NCBI GenBank assembly: GCA_046594225.1
Contig: JBKJPW010000116.1
Coordinates: forward strand, 4,035 to 68,034
Length of the DNA stretch: 64,000 nucleotides
Reading direction: 5' to 3'
DNA from: Bacteroidia bacterium
GTDB lineage: Bacteria; Bacteroidota; Bacteroidia; B-17B0; Aurantibacillaceae
The translations under genes were made by a program, and so were the position numbers. Of the stretch, positions 1 through 9,244 are shown piece after piece (position 1 is the first letter of the stretch; the number at the start of each line of letters is the position of its first letter). The notes beneath the pieces are model-generated. The model did no database searches. It was not told where the DNA came from and worked only from the letters and a program-made list of their open reading frames with translations.

Positions 1-3000
1 ATTTCTTTTTGTTTTACTACCTCTTTAGTTCGTTCTTCTACTTTCTCTTCTAGATTTTCAACAAGGTTTGCATTTTCTAAAGCTATAGCGGTATAGGTTC
101 CTAAAGTTTTTAAAACATCCATGTGCAAAGGCACATAAGCATTTTTCTCAAAACTTTGAACGGTAATAACACCAACAACTCTTTCTCCAATCATCATCGG
201 ACAAAACAATAATGAGCTTGGCATGTCGCCCGTAGGCACTACTATTTTCTTTGTGTATTTTTGGTACTCATTAAGATTATCGTTAATGAAAATTTCTTTT
301 TTATTTTTTACACACCATACCGAATAATTGTCGTCGTTGTCCATCGATACACTTATTGGATCAAAGGGTTCTCCTTTTTCCATTTCATAACGGTACTCTA
401 TCTGGTTAAGTTTTGGATGATAGATGCGTACGCCAAAACAATCAGCGTTCATTAGTTGACTAATGTTTTGGTGTAACTCACCAAAGATGGCATCAAAATT
501 AACATTAGAAATAATGTGTTGTCCAATCTTACTTAGTAAGCGCGTATTCTCATGCGATTTTTCTATTTGTTCTTTTTGAAGTATTACTTCTTTTGTTCTT
601 TCTGCTACTCTATCCTCTAAGCCTTTATATAAGTTTGCGTTTTCAATGGCTCCACCAACGTAAATAGATAAACTTCTTAATATATCAAGATGATGTTCGT
701 TGTAAATATGTTTTTTAAAACTTTGAACAGTGATAACGCCAATTGTTTTTCCTTTAGAAATTAAAGGCATATAAATCATTGATTCTGGCATTTCCCCTTC
801 TAAGGGTTGATAAGTATTTTGCACATATTGTTTGTATTCGTTTTGCCAATCATTTATTACAAACTCTTTACTTTTTAAAAAACACAGTGTAGCTGTTTTC
901 TCAACATTTAAATCAAAAGAAAAAGAGTTAAGTTTTTCTCCTTTTTCCATGGACCCTGAAAAGTAGAGGTCATTCATTTCAGGACGATGCAGGCCAATAC
1001 CAAAAATGGTAGCGTCCATCAATGCATTAATTTGTGAGTAAACAGTAGAAATAATTTCATCAACAGAAAGCGTGGATGAAATTTCTTTCCCAATTTCGCT
1101 TAACAACTTACTATTTCTAAAACTTTTTTCTAATTGTTCTTTTTGCAAAACAACTTCTGAAGTTCGCTCATTTACTTTTTCCTCCAATGTTTCAACTAAA
1201 TCAGCATTTTCTAAAGCAATAGCAGTATAAGTTCCTAACGTTTTTAATACATCCATATGAAATGGCGTGTATGCATTTTTATCGAAACTTTGTACGGTGA
1301 TGGCACCAGTAACTTTATCGCCAATGGTTAAGGGACAAAACAATAATGAGTTTGGCATTTCGCCAGAAGGTACTACTATTTTTTTGGTATATTTATGGTA
1401 TTCGTTGAGGTTATCATTAATAAAAATCTCTTTATTGTTAGTGACGCACCATACGGTATAATTATCAATATCATTCATTGAAACAGATAAAGGGGTTTTT
1501 AGTTTCCCTTTTTCCATCGAGTATTTATAATCTATTTCATTTCTGTCTTTTTGATAGACTCTCACACTAAAACAATCGGCATTCATCAATTGCCCTACTT
1601 TTTGGTGAAGCGTATGAAAAATAGAATCAAAATCAGTGGTTGAAATAATTTCTTTACCAATCACGCTTAACATACGTGTGGTTTCTTGAGCAGTAATAAG
1701 TTCTTGTGTTCGTTCTTCTACCCGCTCTTCTAATTTTTTATATAGTGTGGCATTTTCAATAGCAATGGCACAATACACTGCCAGATTTTTTACCAAATTT
1801 AATTTGTAGTCATCAAATGCATTTTTATTAAAGCTTTGAACGGTTAAAACGCCTAACTTTTTTTCTCCTAATTTTAATGGAAGATAAATGATAGATTGAA
1901 CGGATTCTCCAACTACAGGTTGTAATCGTTTTTGAATAAATTTCCCTACCTCTAATTCATAATCATTAATGACGATATCTATTTCTTTATTAAAGCAAAC
2001 AGTTGCTAATCTATTTTCGTCACTTAAATCATAACCAGATGAACTTAATACAACATCATTTTCAATATACCCTGGAAAATTAAGCATGAGTTTATCATCA
2101 GAGACGATCCCAATTCCAAAGCCGTGAGCATCCATCATGTTGTTAATGATGTTGTATGCTGTTTTGTTAACAGCCTCTATGGAAAGTATCGATGTAATGG
2201 TTTTACCCAAATCACTTAGGATAACTAAATCGTTTGAAAGAGACTCTAATTGCGTATTTTTTTCATTCAGCAATTCTTTTTCTTTTTCCATTTGCGAAAT
2301 GCTGGCTTGCATTTCAACCCCTTTTAGTTTTTGTTTATTTTTTTCGCTAAAAAATTCTTCTTTTAAAGTGTAGTAGCTTTTAAAGTGTTCAACAAACTTA
2401 CTATGGTTGTTTTGTTTTTCGTAAAGTTTATAAAGTGATTTGTGTGTTTTGTATACAACTTCGTTGGTGTTTGTTTCTGTTCCTATTCTTAAAGCATTGT
2501 TTAGATGTGATATGGCATAATCTAATCGATTCATCTTTAAATACAAATCACCCAGTTGAAAATTACTTTCAGCAATTCCTGATTTAAAATTAAGTTCTTG
2601 TCTAATAGCCAAGCATTCGTGTAAATATTTTTCGGCATTACTTAAATCGTTAGCATCTAAATATAATTTTGCTAAACCGTCTATAGCGTACGACTCTTCT
2701 TGTTTTAAACCAATAGCACGAGATACTTCTAAAGCTTTTTGCTTAAATTCAATAGATTTTGCAGTATCATTTAAATTAAAATGCGCGGTTCCAATACCAT
2801 CTAAAATTCTTGCTAATAGATTTTTATCATCTAATTCATTAGCAATGGTTAAGCCTGTTAAGAGGGCGTCTAACGCCTTTTGGTTTTCGTTGATGCTATA
2901 GCAAATAGTACCAATGGCATTATAAGCATTGGCTTGAGCTAACACGTCATTATTATGTTGCGCTCTATCTAGGGCCTCATGAGCATATTTTAAAGCATTA

Positions 3001-3332
3001 TCATAATCTGCCAAAAAATAATATGAACAAAATATATGATACAGTGCGTGTGCCTCAAATTTTTTATCTCCAAATTCTTGTAATTTTGGTAAGCTTTCAA
3101 ACAAAGCCTCTAAAGCTTTATCATAACTAGCTATCCAAACTAAACAAGCGCCTTTACAAGCCAAGCCTTTAGCTATTGCTAAAGGAAATGCATTTAAACT
3201 GGCAATATTTAAAATCTCATCAGCAATTTTGATTCCTTCTTCTGGACTGCTTCTACACTTTTCCACAGATAACTCTGCTAATTTTTCTAGTTGAAAAATA
3301 GCTGTTTCGTAGGTGTTTTGAGTAGTGTCCAT
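1..3332 (-). CDS. Cytoplasmic TPR + coiled-coil + four tandem GAF-domain sensor protein; N-terminal ~1110 codons only, C-terminal output domain lies beyond the window start
   Basis: Absent from the supplied ORF track because it runs off the edge. I translated the minus strand by hand from the ATG at 3330-3332 (MDTTQNTYETAIFQLEKLAEL...) and it stays open to nt 1. There is no signal peptide. The first ~330 aa are TPR-like (AYNAIGTICYSINENQKALDAL, GIGTAHFNLNDTAKSIEFKQKALEV). A coiled coil follows (QASISQMEKEKELLNEKNTQLESL). Then come four GAF-like modules, each ending ...VQSF.K.A/I(Y/F)....L..L..Y.A(I)A(I/L)ENA.L. Each is followed by a signalling-helix linker LEE(K/R)V.ERT.E(L/V), at about nt 1700-1735, 1155-1185, 585-620 and 15-50. 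Confidence 0.8.
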   Translation of the reverse strand, partial: MDTTQNTYETAIFQLEKLAELSVEKCRSSPEEGIKIADEILNIASLNAFPLAIAKGLACKGACLVWIASYDKALEALFESLPKLQEFGDKKFEAHALYHIFCSYYFLADYDNALKYAHEALDRAQHNNDVLAQANAYNAIGTICYSINENQKALDALLTGLTIANELDDKNLLARILDGIGTAHFNLNDTAKSIEFKQKALEVSRAIGLKQEESYAIDGLAKLYLDANDLSNAEKYLHECLAIRQELNFKSGIAESNFQLGDLYLKMNRLDYAISHLNNALRIGTETNTNEVVYKTHKSLYKLYEKQNNHSKFVEHFKSYYTLKEEFFSEKNKQKLKGVEMQASISQMEKEKELLNEKNTQLESLSNDLVILSDLGKTITSILSIEAVNKTAYNIINNMMDAHGFGIGIVSDDKLMLNFPGYIENDVVLSSSGYDLSDENRLATVCFNKEIDIVINDYELEVGKFIQKRLQPVVGESVQSIIYLPLKLGEKKLGVLTVQSFNKNAFDDYKLNLVKNLAVYCAIAIENATLYKKLEERVEERTQELITAQETTRMLSVIGKEIISTTDFDSIFHTLHQKVGQLMNADCFSVRVYQKDRNEIDYKYSMEKGKLKTPLSVSMNDIDNYTVWCVTNNKEIFINDNLNEYHKYTKKIVVPSGEMPNSLLFCPLTIGDKVTGAITVQSFDKNAYTPFHMDVLKTLGTYTAIALENADLVETLEEKVNERTSEVVLQKEQLEKSFRNSKLLSEIGKEISSTLSVDEIISTVYSQINALMDATIFGIGLHRPEMNDLYFSGSMEKGEKLNSFSFDLNVEKTATLCFLKSKEFVINDWQNEYKQYVQNTYQPLEGEMPESMIYMPLISKGKTIGVITVQSFKKHIYNEHHLDILRSLSIYVGGAIENANLYKGLEDRVAERTKEVILQKEQIEKSHENTRLLSKIGQHIISNVNFDAIFGELHQNISQLMNADCFGVRIYHPKLNQIEYRYEMEKGEPFDPISVSMDNDDNYSVWCVKNKKEIFINDNLNEYQKYTKKIVVPTGDMPSSLLFCPMMIGERVVGVITVQSFEKNAYVPLHMDVLKTLGTYTAIALENANLVENLEEKVEERTKEVVKQKE
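15..2282 (-). repeat. Intragenic tandem duplication: two copies of a 1134-nt (378-codon) two-GAF cassette
   Basis: The offset is exactly 1134 nt at two independent anchors. The Cys codon of NADCF is at 438-440 and again at 1572-1574. The LLFCP..IG(E/D) block is at ~183-215 and ~1317-1349. Protein copies: NADCFGVRIYHPKLNQIEYRYEMEKGE...VQSFEKNAYVPLHMDVLKTLGTYTAIALENANLVENLEEKVEERTKEV versus NADCFSVRVYQKDRNEIDYKYSMEKGK...VQSFDKNAYTPFHMDVLKTLGTYTAIALENADLVETLEEKVNERTSEV. Confidence 0.75.
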
Positions 3333-3441
3333 AATTTAGGAATCCAATTTGAAAGGTAAAAGGTAAATATAATTTATGGGATTACAAAAAATCCAAAAAC
3401 TTAATTTATGCCAGTGTTTTCTGGAAATAAGACATAGAATA

Positions 3442-4053
3442 TTAAACACTTTGTGGAACTATAGTTCTAAATGTAAGGTTAATTCTAGGGCGTTTAATAA
3501 GCGTACTAGGAGGCAAACGATGTAGCCAATGAGTTTGTGTTTCGTCCTTCATTACCAATAAACTACCATGTTCTAAAATAAGTGATACGACGGATTTATT
3601 TGCTTTGTGTTTAAAGACAAACTTTCGATTGGAACCAAAACTTAATGATGCAATAGCTCCATTTTTTTGTAACATTTTTTCACTATCACTATGCCAAGCC
3701 ATACCTTCGTTACCATCATGATATAAATTTAATAAGCATGAATTGTAGGTGGCTTCTGTTTTTTCTTCGGCTATTTTTTTAAGTTCCAATAATTCTTTAT
3801 TCCATGGCAAGGCCTTTTTGGTGGTGTTGGAATAGGTATAGTCAAATTCCTTATCGCCGTACCAAGCTACTTTACGATTGGTTAAAATATGTTTTCCGAA
3901 AATAACAGCCTCATCATGTTTCCATTTAATGTTATTGGATAGTTCGTTAAAATAACGATTTGCTTCGGCTTGAATTATAACAGCGCCGTAATACAGTACA
4001 GTCCCATCACAAGGTAAAATATTTGAAATGCTATTATCGTTAAATAAATCCAT
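3442..4053 (-). CDS. alkB: Alpha-ketoglutarate/Fe(II)-dependent dioxygenase AlkB (DNA/RNA alkylation repair)
   Basis: MDLFNDN..ILPCDGTVLYYG start is typical of AlkB. Also present: WKHDEAVIFGK, VAWYGD, AWHSDSE (the HxD iron ligands), LSFG..R.F.F, HGSLLVM, THW.H..P and RINLTFR. I prefer the ATG at 4051-4053 over the upstream ATG at 4087-4089, which would add a hydrophobic 12-aa extension. Confidence 0.85.
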   Translation of the reverse strand: MDLFNDNSISNILPCDGTVLYYGAVIIQAEANRYFNELSNNIKWKHDEAVIFGKHILTNRKVAWYGDKEFDYTYSNTTKKALPWNKELLELKKIAEEKTEATYNSCLLNLYHDGNEGMAWHSDSEKMLQKNGAIASLSFGSNRKFVFKHKANKSVVSLILEHGSLLVMKDETQTHWLHRLPPSTLIKRPRINLTFRTIVPQSV

Positions 4054-4114
4054 GTTGAGATAAAATACAATTGTGAATATAGAAAACATTTAAATTATTA
4101 CGTACTTTAGACAT

Positions 4115-6163
4115 ATGCAAAAAACACTTTTTTTAATAAGTTTTATGTTTGTGCTTTTTAGTACGAATTGCATAGCACAACAAGCTAAGTATAGGCATAT
4201 CATAGATTCAATTTCTAAATTACTAAAAACAGATAAGGCAGATACTACTAAAGTAAAGCATCTTAATAAGTTAGCAAATGCCTACTCTTATCTTTATGAG
4301 TATGATAGCACTATGTATTTTGGTAATTTATCCCTTCAATTAAATAAGGTATTATTAAAGGATCCTGTTAAAACAGATAAAATAATCTTGTATTCTTTAC
4401 AAAGATCCAAAGGCTTATCTTATAGTATTATAGGTAATGCTTGTTATGACCATGGGTATTATCCGAGTGCACTTACACACCTATTCGCATCCTTAAAAAT
4501 ATACGAAAGTATGAATCACAAATACAATATAGCGGCTGTTCGCACGACTATTGGTTTAGTGTATTATTTTCAAGGAAATTACGACGAAGCTTTAAAAAAT
4601 CATTTTATTGTTTTAAAAATATATGAAGGAGATAGTGATAAAAGTGGGCTAGCTATGGCCTATAATAATATAGGTATTGTTTATGCGGATCAAGAAAAAT
4701 TAGAGGAAGCTTTAAAAAACCACCAAGCTTCTTTAAAAATCAAACTGGAACTAGGCGAAAACAAATCTGGTATCGCAGCATCTTACAATAATATTGGAAG
4801 GGTGTTGTATAAAATGAAAAAATTTGATGAAGCTCAAAAAAATAACATCATCTGTTTGAAACTATATGAAGAACTTGAAGATAAAGAGGGAGTTGCTCTT
4901 TCTTATTTTAACATGGGTGACGTTTCGGTACAACAAAAAAATTATAGCGACGCCGAAAACTATTTATTGAAAGCGAAAACTATTTCGGAAGAAACACATT
5001 ATAAAGCTAATTTGAAATTTATTTATAGTTCATTAACTGAATTATACGAAGCTAAAAAAGAGTATAAAAAAGCCTTGGAAAGCCATAAACTTTATACCAA
5101 TTATCGAGACAGCTTAGTAAATGAAGAAACCAAGGAGGAGACATTACAGCAACAAATGACGTATGATTTTGAAAAGAAAGAAGCTGTGGCTGAAGCAGAA
5201 CATCAAAAAGAAATTGAAAATCAAAAAATATTAGCTGAAGAAAAAAGCAGAAAACAAAATTTGATTATTGCTTTTGTAGTTATCGGTTTACTGTTGGTAC
5301 TAGTGTTCACTGGATTTATTTTTAAGTCGCTGCGTGTTACTCGCAAACAAAAAGATGTGATTCAACATCAAAAGTATTTAGTAGAGGAGCATCAAAAAGA
5401 AATTATTGATTCGATAACCTACGCGAAACGATTACAACAAGCTATTTTACCGTCGAGCGAAGAAATTAAAAAGTATTTACCTGTACATTTTATTTTATAT
5501 AAGCCAAAAGACATAGTGGCTGGAGATTTTTATTGGCTCCATACAGCACATGATTTAGTTTTTATTGCCGCTGCTGATAGCACGGGGCATGGGGTGCCAG
5601 GCGCTATGGTGTCTGTGGTTTGTAGTAATGCCCTTAATAGGGCAGTGGATGAATTTCATTTAACAGATACAGGAGAAATTTTAGACAAAACAAGAGAGTT
5701 GGTTTTAGAAACTTTTGCTAAAAGTGGCGAAGAAATAAAAGATGGCATGGATATTTCATTGTTATGTATTCATCAATCAAAGCAACAAATTACTTGGAGT
5801 GGCGCTAATAATCCTTTATGGTACATAACCGGTTCTGGTAGTTTGGATGAAGTTGGAGAACTTCACGAAATAAAAGCCAACAAACAAGCTATTGGAAAAA
5901 CAGATAAACCTATGCCATTTACTACGCATATATTGCAATTAAATAAAGGTGATTTATTTTATTTAATGACAGATGGGTATGCCGATCAATTTGGAGGGCC
6001 TAAAGGAAAAAAATACAAATACAAAGCCTTAGAGGAAAAGTTACTTGCCACATATTATTTATCATTACAACAACAACAAAGTGAATTAACAAGTTCGTTT
6101 GATGTTTGGAAAGGAAATTTAGAACAAGTAGACGATGTGACCATTATTGGAATTAAGGTTTAA
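4115..6163 (+). CDS. Signal peptide + TPR array + coiled coil + one TM helix + PP2C/SpoIIE-type serine phosphatase domain
   Basis: Signal peptide MQKTLFLISFMFVLFSTNCIAQ. Repeated TPR units (Y(N/F)NIG.VY....(Y/F).EAL.N....LKI.E). TM helix LIIAFVVIGLLLVLVFTGFIF. SpoIIE motifs GDFYW, AAADSTGHGVPGA, DGMDISLL, TDGYADQFGG, DDVT.IG. Confidence 0.85.
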   Translation: MQKTLFLISFMFVLFSTNCIAQQAKYRHIIDSISKLLKTDKADTTKVKHLNKLANAYSYLYEYDSTMYFGNLSLQLNKVLLKDPVKTDKIILYSLQRSKGLSYSIIGNACYDHGYYPSALTHLFASLKIYESMNHKYNIAAVRTTIGLVYYFQGNYDEALKNHFIVLKIYEGDSDKSGLAMAYNNIGIVYADQEKLEEALKNHQASLKIKLELGENKSGIAASYNNIGRVLYKMKKFDEAQKNNIICLKLYEELEDKEGVALSYFNMGDVSVQQKNYSDAENYLLKAKTISEETHYKANLKFIYSSLTELYEAKKEYKKALESHKLYTNYRDSLVNEETKEETLQQQMTYDFEKKEAVAEAEHQKEIENQKILAEEKSRKQNLIIAFVVIGLLLVLVFTGFIFKSLRVTRKQKDVIQHQKYLVEEHQKEIIDSITYAKRLQQAILPSSEEIKKYLPVHFILYKPKDIVAGDFYWLHTAHDLVFIAAADSTGHGVPGAMVSVVCSNALNRAVDEFHLTDTGEILDKTRELVLETFAKSGEEIKDGMDISLLCIHQSKQQITWSGANNPLWYITGSGSLDEVGELHEIKANKQAIGKTDKPMPFTTHILQLNKGDLFYLMTDGYADQFGGPKGKKYKYKALEEKLLATYYLSLQQQQSELTSSFDVWKGNLEQVDDVTIIGIKV

Positions 6164-6175
6164 CAAAAAATATAC

Positions 6176-8290
6176 ATGAAAAAAATTAGCATCCATCTTT
6201 TACTAATAGGAATGTTTCAATCATTTTGTTTTTCACAAAATTTAGTAATTGATTCGTTAAATCTAATTTTAAAAAGTTCTGCTCATGATACTTCTAAAGT
6301 AAAAGCGTATAATGCCTTATTTTTGGAATTTGAGTTTGAAGATGAGGTAAAAGCGAAAGATTATTTGACGAAGGCATTAGAATTATCAAAAAAAAATGGC
6401 TACAAAAAAGGATTAGGTATAACTTATATGTATTTAGGCTTTTTAGCAGATGATAAAAGTGATTTTTTTGAGGCATTAAAAAATTATCAAATTTCTTTAA
6501 AAACATTTACTTCTATAAATGACTTCAAAGGGCAAGCAGGGGCATATAATAGTTTAGGGTCTGTTTTTTACATACAAGGTAATTACCCCGAGGCTTTAAA
6601 AAATCATTTTAGCGCTTTAAAATTAAGAGAAGTAATACGTGATAAAAATGGAATCGCGCAGTCTTATGGCAATATTGGAAATGTTTATAATAGCCAAGAA
6701 AATTACCCTTTAGCTATAAAAAATTACTTTTTTTGTTTGAATCTTATGAAAGATGTTGGAAATAAAAAAGGGATAGCCACTACTTACAACAACATAGCCT
6801 TAATCTATAGCGATCAAAAAAATTATTCGGAGTCATTAAAAAATCATTTTGAAGGGCTGAAAATTAGACAAGAAATAAAAGATGAAAAGGGTGTTGCAGG
6901 TTCTTATAATAATATAGGTCTAGTGTATTATCACCAAGGTAAAAACGATGAGGCATTAAAAAATTATTTTATGTCCCTAAAAATTAAAGAAGTTATTGAA
7001 GACGAGCCAGGCATTGCTGGAGTATATTGTAATATTGGAGAAATTTATGCTAAACAAAAAAAATATAAAGAAGCGGAAACAATTTTAGAAAAAGCAAAAA
7101 AATTGTCATTAGAAATTGGTTATCGGGAAAATCTAAGGCAGGTTTATAAAACATTAACCGAAATGTATGCTTCAAAAGGAAATTATCAAAAAGCTTTTGA
7201 GGCTCATGTATTGTTTGTTTCATACCGTGACAGTTTAAATAATGAAGAAACGAGAGAGAAAACTATACAAAATCAAATGACTTATGATTTTGATAAAAAA
7301 GATGCTATTGCTAAAGCTGAACACAAAAAGGAGTTAGAAAGTCAACATGCTTTATCTGAGGAAAAAAACAGGAAGCAAAATTTATTTATCATTTTTGTGG
7401 TTACTTGCTTAATATTAGTGATTGCTTTTGCTGTATTTATATTTAGATCATTAAACTTGACTCAAAAGCAAAAAAAGATTATTGAGCGTCAAAAAGATCA
7501 TTCGGAATATCAAAGATTAATGGTTGAAGAAAAACAGAAAGATATTATTGATTCAATTAATTACGCCAAACGTATACAATTAGCTCTTTTAAAAGAAGAA
7601 GAGCATGTGAGCGAACACTTACCTGAGCATTTTATTTTGTTTAAACCAAAAGATATTGTGAGTGGAGATTTTTATTGGGCATTTGAAAAAAACGAGTATT
7701 GGTATTTAGCCGCAGCTGATTGTACTGGGCATGGAGTGCCAGGCGCTTTTATGAGTATGCTGGGCATTGCTTTTTTAAATGAAATTTCTGCTAGTATAGA
7801 GGTTTTATCACCTGCAAAAATTTTGGATTTATTAAGAAATAAAATCGTAAAAGAGTTAGGGCAAAATGGAAAAGAAGGTGAGAGTAAAGATGGTATGGAT
7901 ATCTCATTGATGTGTTATAATACTAAATCAATGCAATTACAATGGTCGGGAGCAAATAATTCATTATATATATTAAAAGGAAATGACTTAACTGAAATCA
8001 AAGCAAATAAACAACCGATAGGATTTCATGAGGCGATGCAACCATTTACAAATCACATTATTGATTTAAATAAAAGCGACAGTGTTTATTTATTTACTGA
8101 TGGCTTTGCAGATCAATTTGGTGGACCAAAAGGAAAAAAATTCAAATATTCAAAATTAAAAGAGTTGTTAGTTTCTATTAATTCAAAGTCACTGGCAGAA
8201 CAAAAGGGTATTTTAAATGAAGAATTTGAAGTTTGGAAATTACAATTAGAACAAACAGATGATGTGTGTTTAATTGGCGTAAAGTTTTAA
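6176..8290 (+). CDS. Paralog of the preceding gene: signal peptide + TPR array + TM + PP2C/SpoIIE phosphatase
   Basis: Same architecture and motifs as 4115-6163: GDFYW, AAADCTGHGVPGA, DGMDISLM, TDGFADQFGGPKGKKFKY, DDVCLIG. The shared juxtamembrane block is MTYDF(E/D)KK(E/D)A.A.AEH(Q/K)KE. Separated from the upstream gene by a 12-nt gap. Confidence 0.85.
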   Translation: MKKISIHLLLIGMFQSFCFSQNLVIDSLNLILKSSAHDTSKVKAYNALFLEFEFEDEVKAKDYLTKALELSKKNGYKKGLGITYMYLGFLADDKSDFFEALKNYQISLKTFTSINDFKGQAGAYNSLGSVFYIQGNYPEALKNHFSALKLREVIRDKNGIAQSYGNIGNVYNSQENYPLAIKNYFFCLNLMKDVGNKKGIATTYNNIALIYSDQKNYSESLKNHFEGLKIRQEIKDEKGVAGSYNNIGLVYYHQGKNDEALKNYFMSLKIKEVIEDEPGIAGVYCNIGEIYAKQKKYKEAETILEKAKKLSLEIGYRENLRQVYKTLTEMYASKGNYQKAFEAHVLFVSYRDSLNNEETREKTIQNQMTYDFDKKDAIAKAEHKKELESQHALSEEKNRKQNLFIIFVVTCLILVIAFAVFIFRSLNLTQKQKKIIERQKDHSEYQRLMVEEKQKDIIDSINYAKRIQLALLKEEEHVSEHLPEHFILFKPKDIVSGDFYWAFEKNEYWYLAAADCTGHGVPGAFMSMLGIAFLNEISASIEVLSPAKILDLLRNKIVKELGQNGKEGESKDGMDISLMCYNTKSMQLQWSGANNSLYILKGNDLTEIKANKQPIGFHEAMQPFTNHIIDLNKSDSVYLFTDGFADQFGGPKGKKFKYSKLKELLVSINSKSLAEQKGILNEEFEVWKLQLEQTDDVCLIGVKF

Positions 8291-8331
8291 AGTACATCTA
8301 ACCAATGCTAATATTTGAAGCATAACATTCA

Positions 8332-9243
8332 ATGAAATATCTAAAAATTTCTTTTAAAAAAAAGTTAAGTGTTATGCTCGTATTGAGTTTGAGTTTTCAA
8401 TCCATTAAATCACAAAACCTTGAACCTAAAATATTTGTATATAATGCTTTAGTGGGTGCAGTGTCTGGAGGATTAGGAGCACTAATTAATAAAACGAAAG
8501 GGCAAAAATGGCACAAGGCTTTCGTTAAAGGATTTATTGTTGGTTTTGGGGGTGGCGCCATTTCCTACTCAGGGAAAAAGCTAAATTCACTAGTTACTCA
8601 ACATCGTGAATTAGGATACTGTTGGTTATCGCGAGCAATATTTAGTGCTGGAAATTCGATTGTAGAAAACGCTGCGGCAAATCGCCCTTTTTGGTCGCGA
8701 TGGCATTATGATATTGGCTTTATGCGACTTGAGTTGGAAACAAGTGGGCCTATTTCATTTACGCCTCGTTTTATGCCTTCTGCATTTGGAGGTATAGTGT
8801 TTATGGCTGCAAATGGCACTATTGATGGCGCAACTTCTTTAAAGTCGGGCACCTTAACATTTAGAGCTGATCAAGTAAATTATGCTAGCCATCTTTCTGC
8901 TTCTACTGCATCCAATGGGTTTTTATTTATCAATTCTCTCAATCAAGGACATGTGTTTTATGACACTTATGCGCATGAAATGATTCACGCATTTCAGTTT
9001 CAAGAATTTTCAGGAATTAATTATTTTTTTAAGCCCCTAACAGAAAGATGGAAAATTAAATCTCCAAGATTTGAAAATTTAAGTAGATGGATTTATGGAG
9101 ATGTAAATTTTGAAGTAATGTTGTATAATTATTTTATTATTCAAAAAGGCTATATAGATAGTCCAACTGCTTACTGTGATAATTATTTAGAAAACGAAGC
9201 TGAGTTTTTGTCAGTCAGAAGAAGTGCTTGTACGTTTCGATAA
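8332..9243 (+). CDS. Hypothetical secreted/membrane protein with glycine-zipper segments and an HExxH motif (possible zinc metallopeptidase-like)
   Basis: Signal-like N-terminus LSVMLVLSLSFQSIKSQ. Gly-rich hydrophobic stretches GAVSGGLGALI and GFIVGFGGGAISYSG. HEMIH at YDTYAHEMIHAFQF. I recognise no family. Confidence 0.55.
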   Translation: MKYLKISFKKKLSVMLVLSLSFQSIKSQNLEPKIFVYNALVGAVSGGLGALINKTKGQKWHKAFVKGFIVGFGGGAISYSGKKLNSLVTQHRELGYCWLSRAIFSAGNSIVENAAANRPFWSRWHYDIGFMRLELETSGPISFTPRFMPSAFGGIVFMAANGTIDGATSLKSGTLTFRADQVNYASHLSASTASNGFLFINSLNQGHVFYDTYAHEMIHAFQFQEFSGINYFFKPLTERWKIKSPRFENLSRWIYGDVNFEVMLYNYFIIQKGYIDSPTAYCDNYLENEAEFLSVRRSACTFR

Positions 9244-9244
9244 A

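Noticed and set aside
420-1600. The DCF motif (NADCF) in two GAF modules, reminiscent of the DXCF signature of cyanobacteriochrome photoreceptors
   Set aside because: The spacing is wrong: the Asp is adjacent to the Cys, not D-x-C-F. I see no canonical bilin-binding Cys-His motif, and nothing here suggests bilin biosynthesis. This is most likely an ordinary GAF beta-strand.
261-2373. Track ORFs 261-455, 1267-1461 and 2137-2373 on the plus strand
   Set aside because: They lie antisense to the long continuous TPR/GAF reading frame. They have low-complexity, hydrophobic, AT-codon-driven sequences and no motifs. They are shadow ORFs.
3442-4053. AlkB, MepB (60023-60526) and UspA (9245-10075) as components of a defence or toxin-antitoxin system
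   Set aside because: Each is an isolated, common housekeeping or stress gene. None has a partner gene (nuclease, ATPase, antitoxin and so on) in an operonic arrangement.
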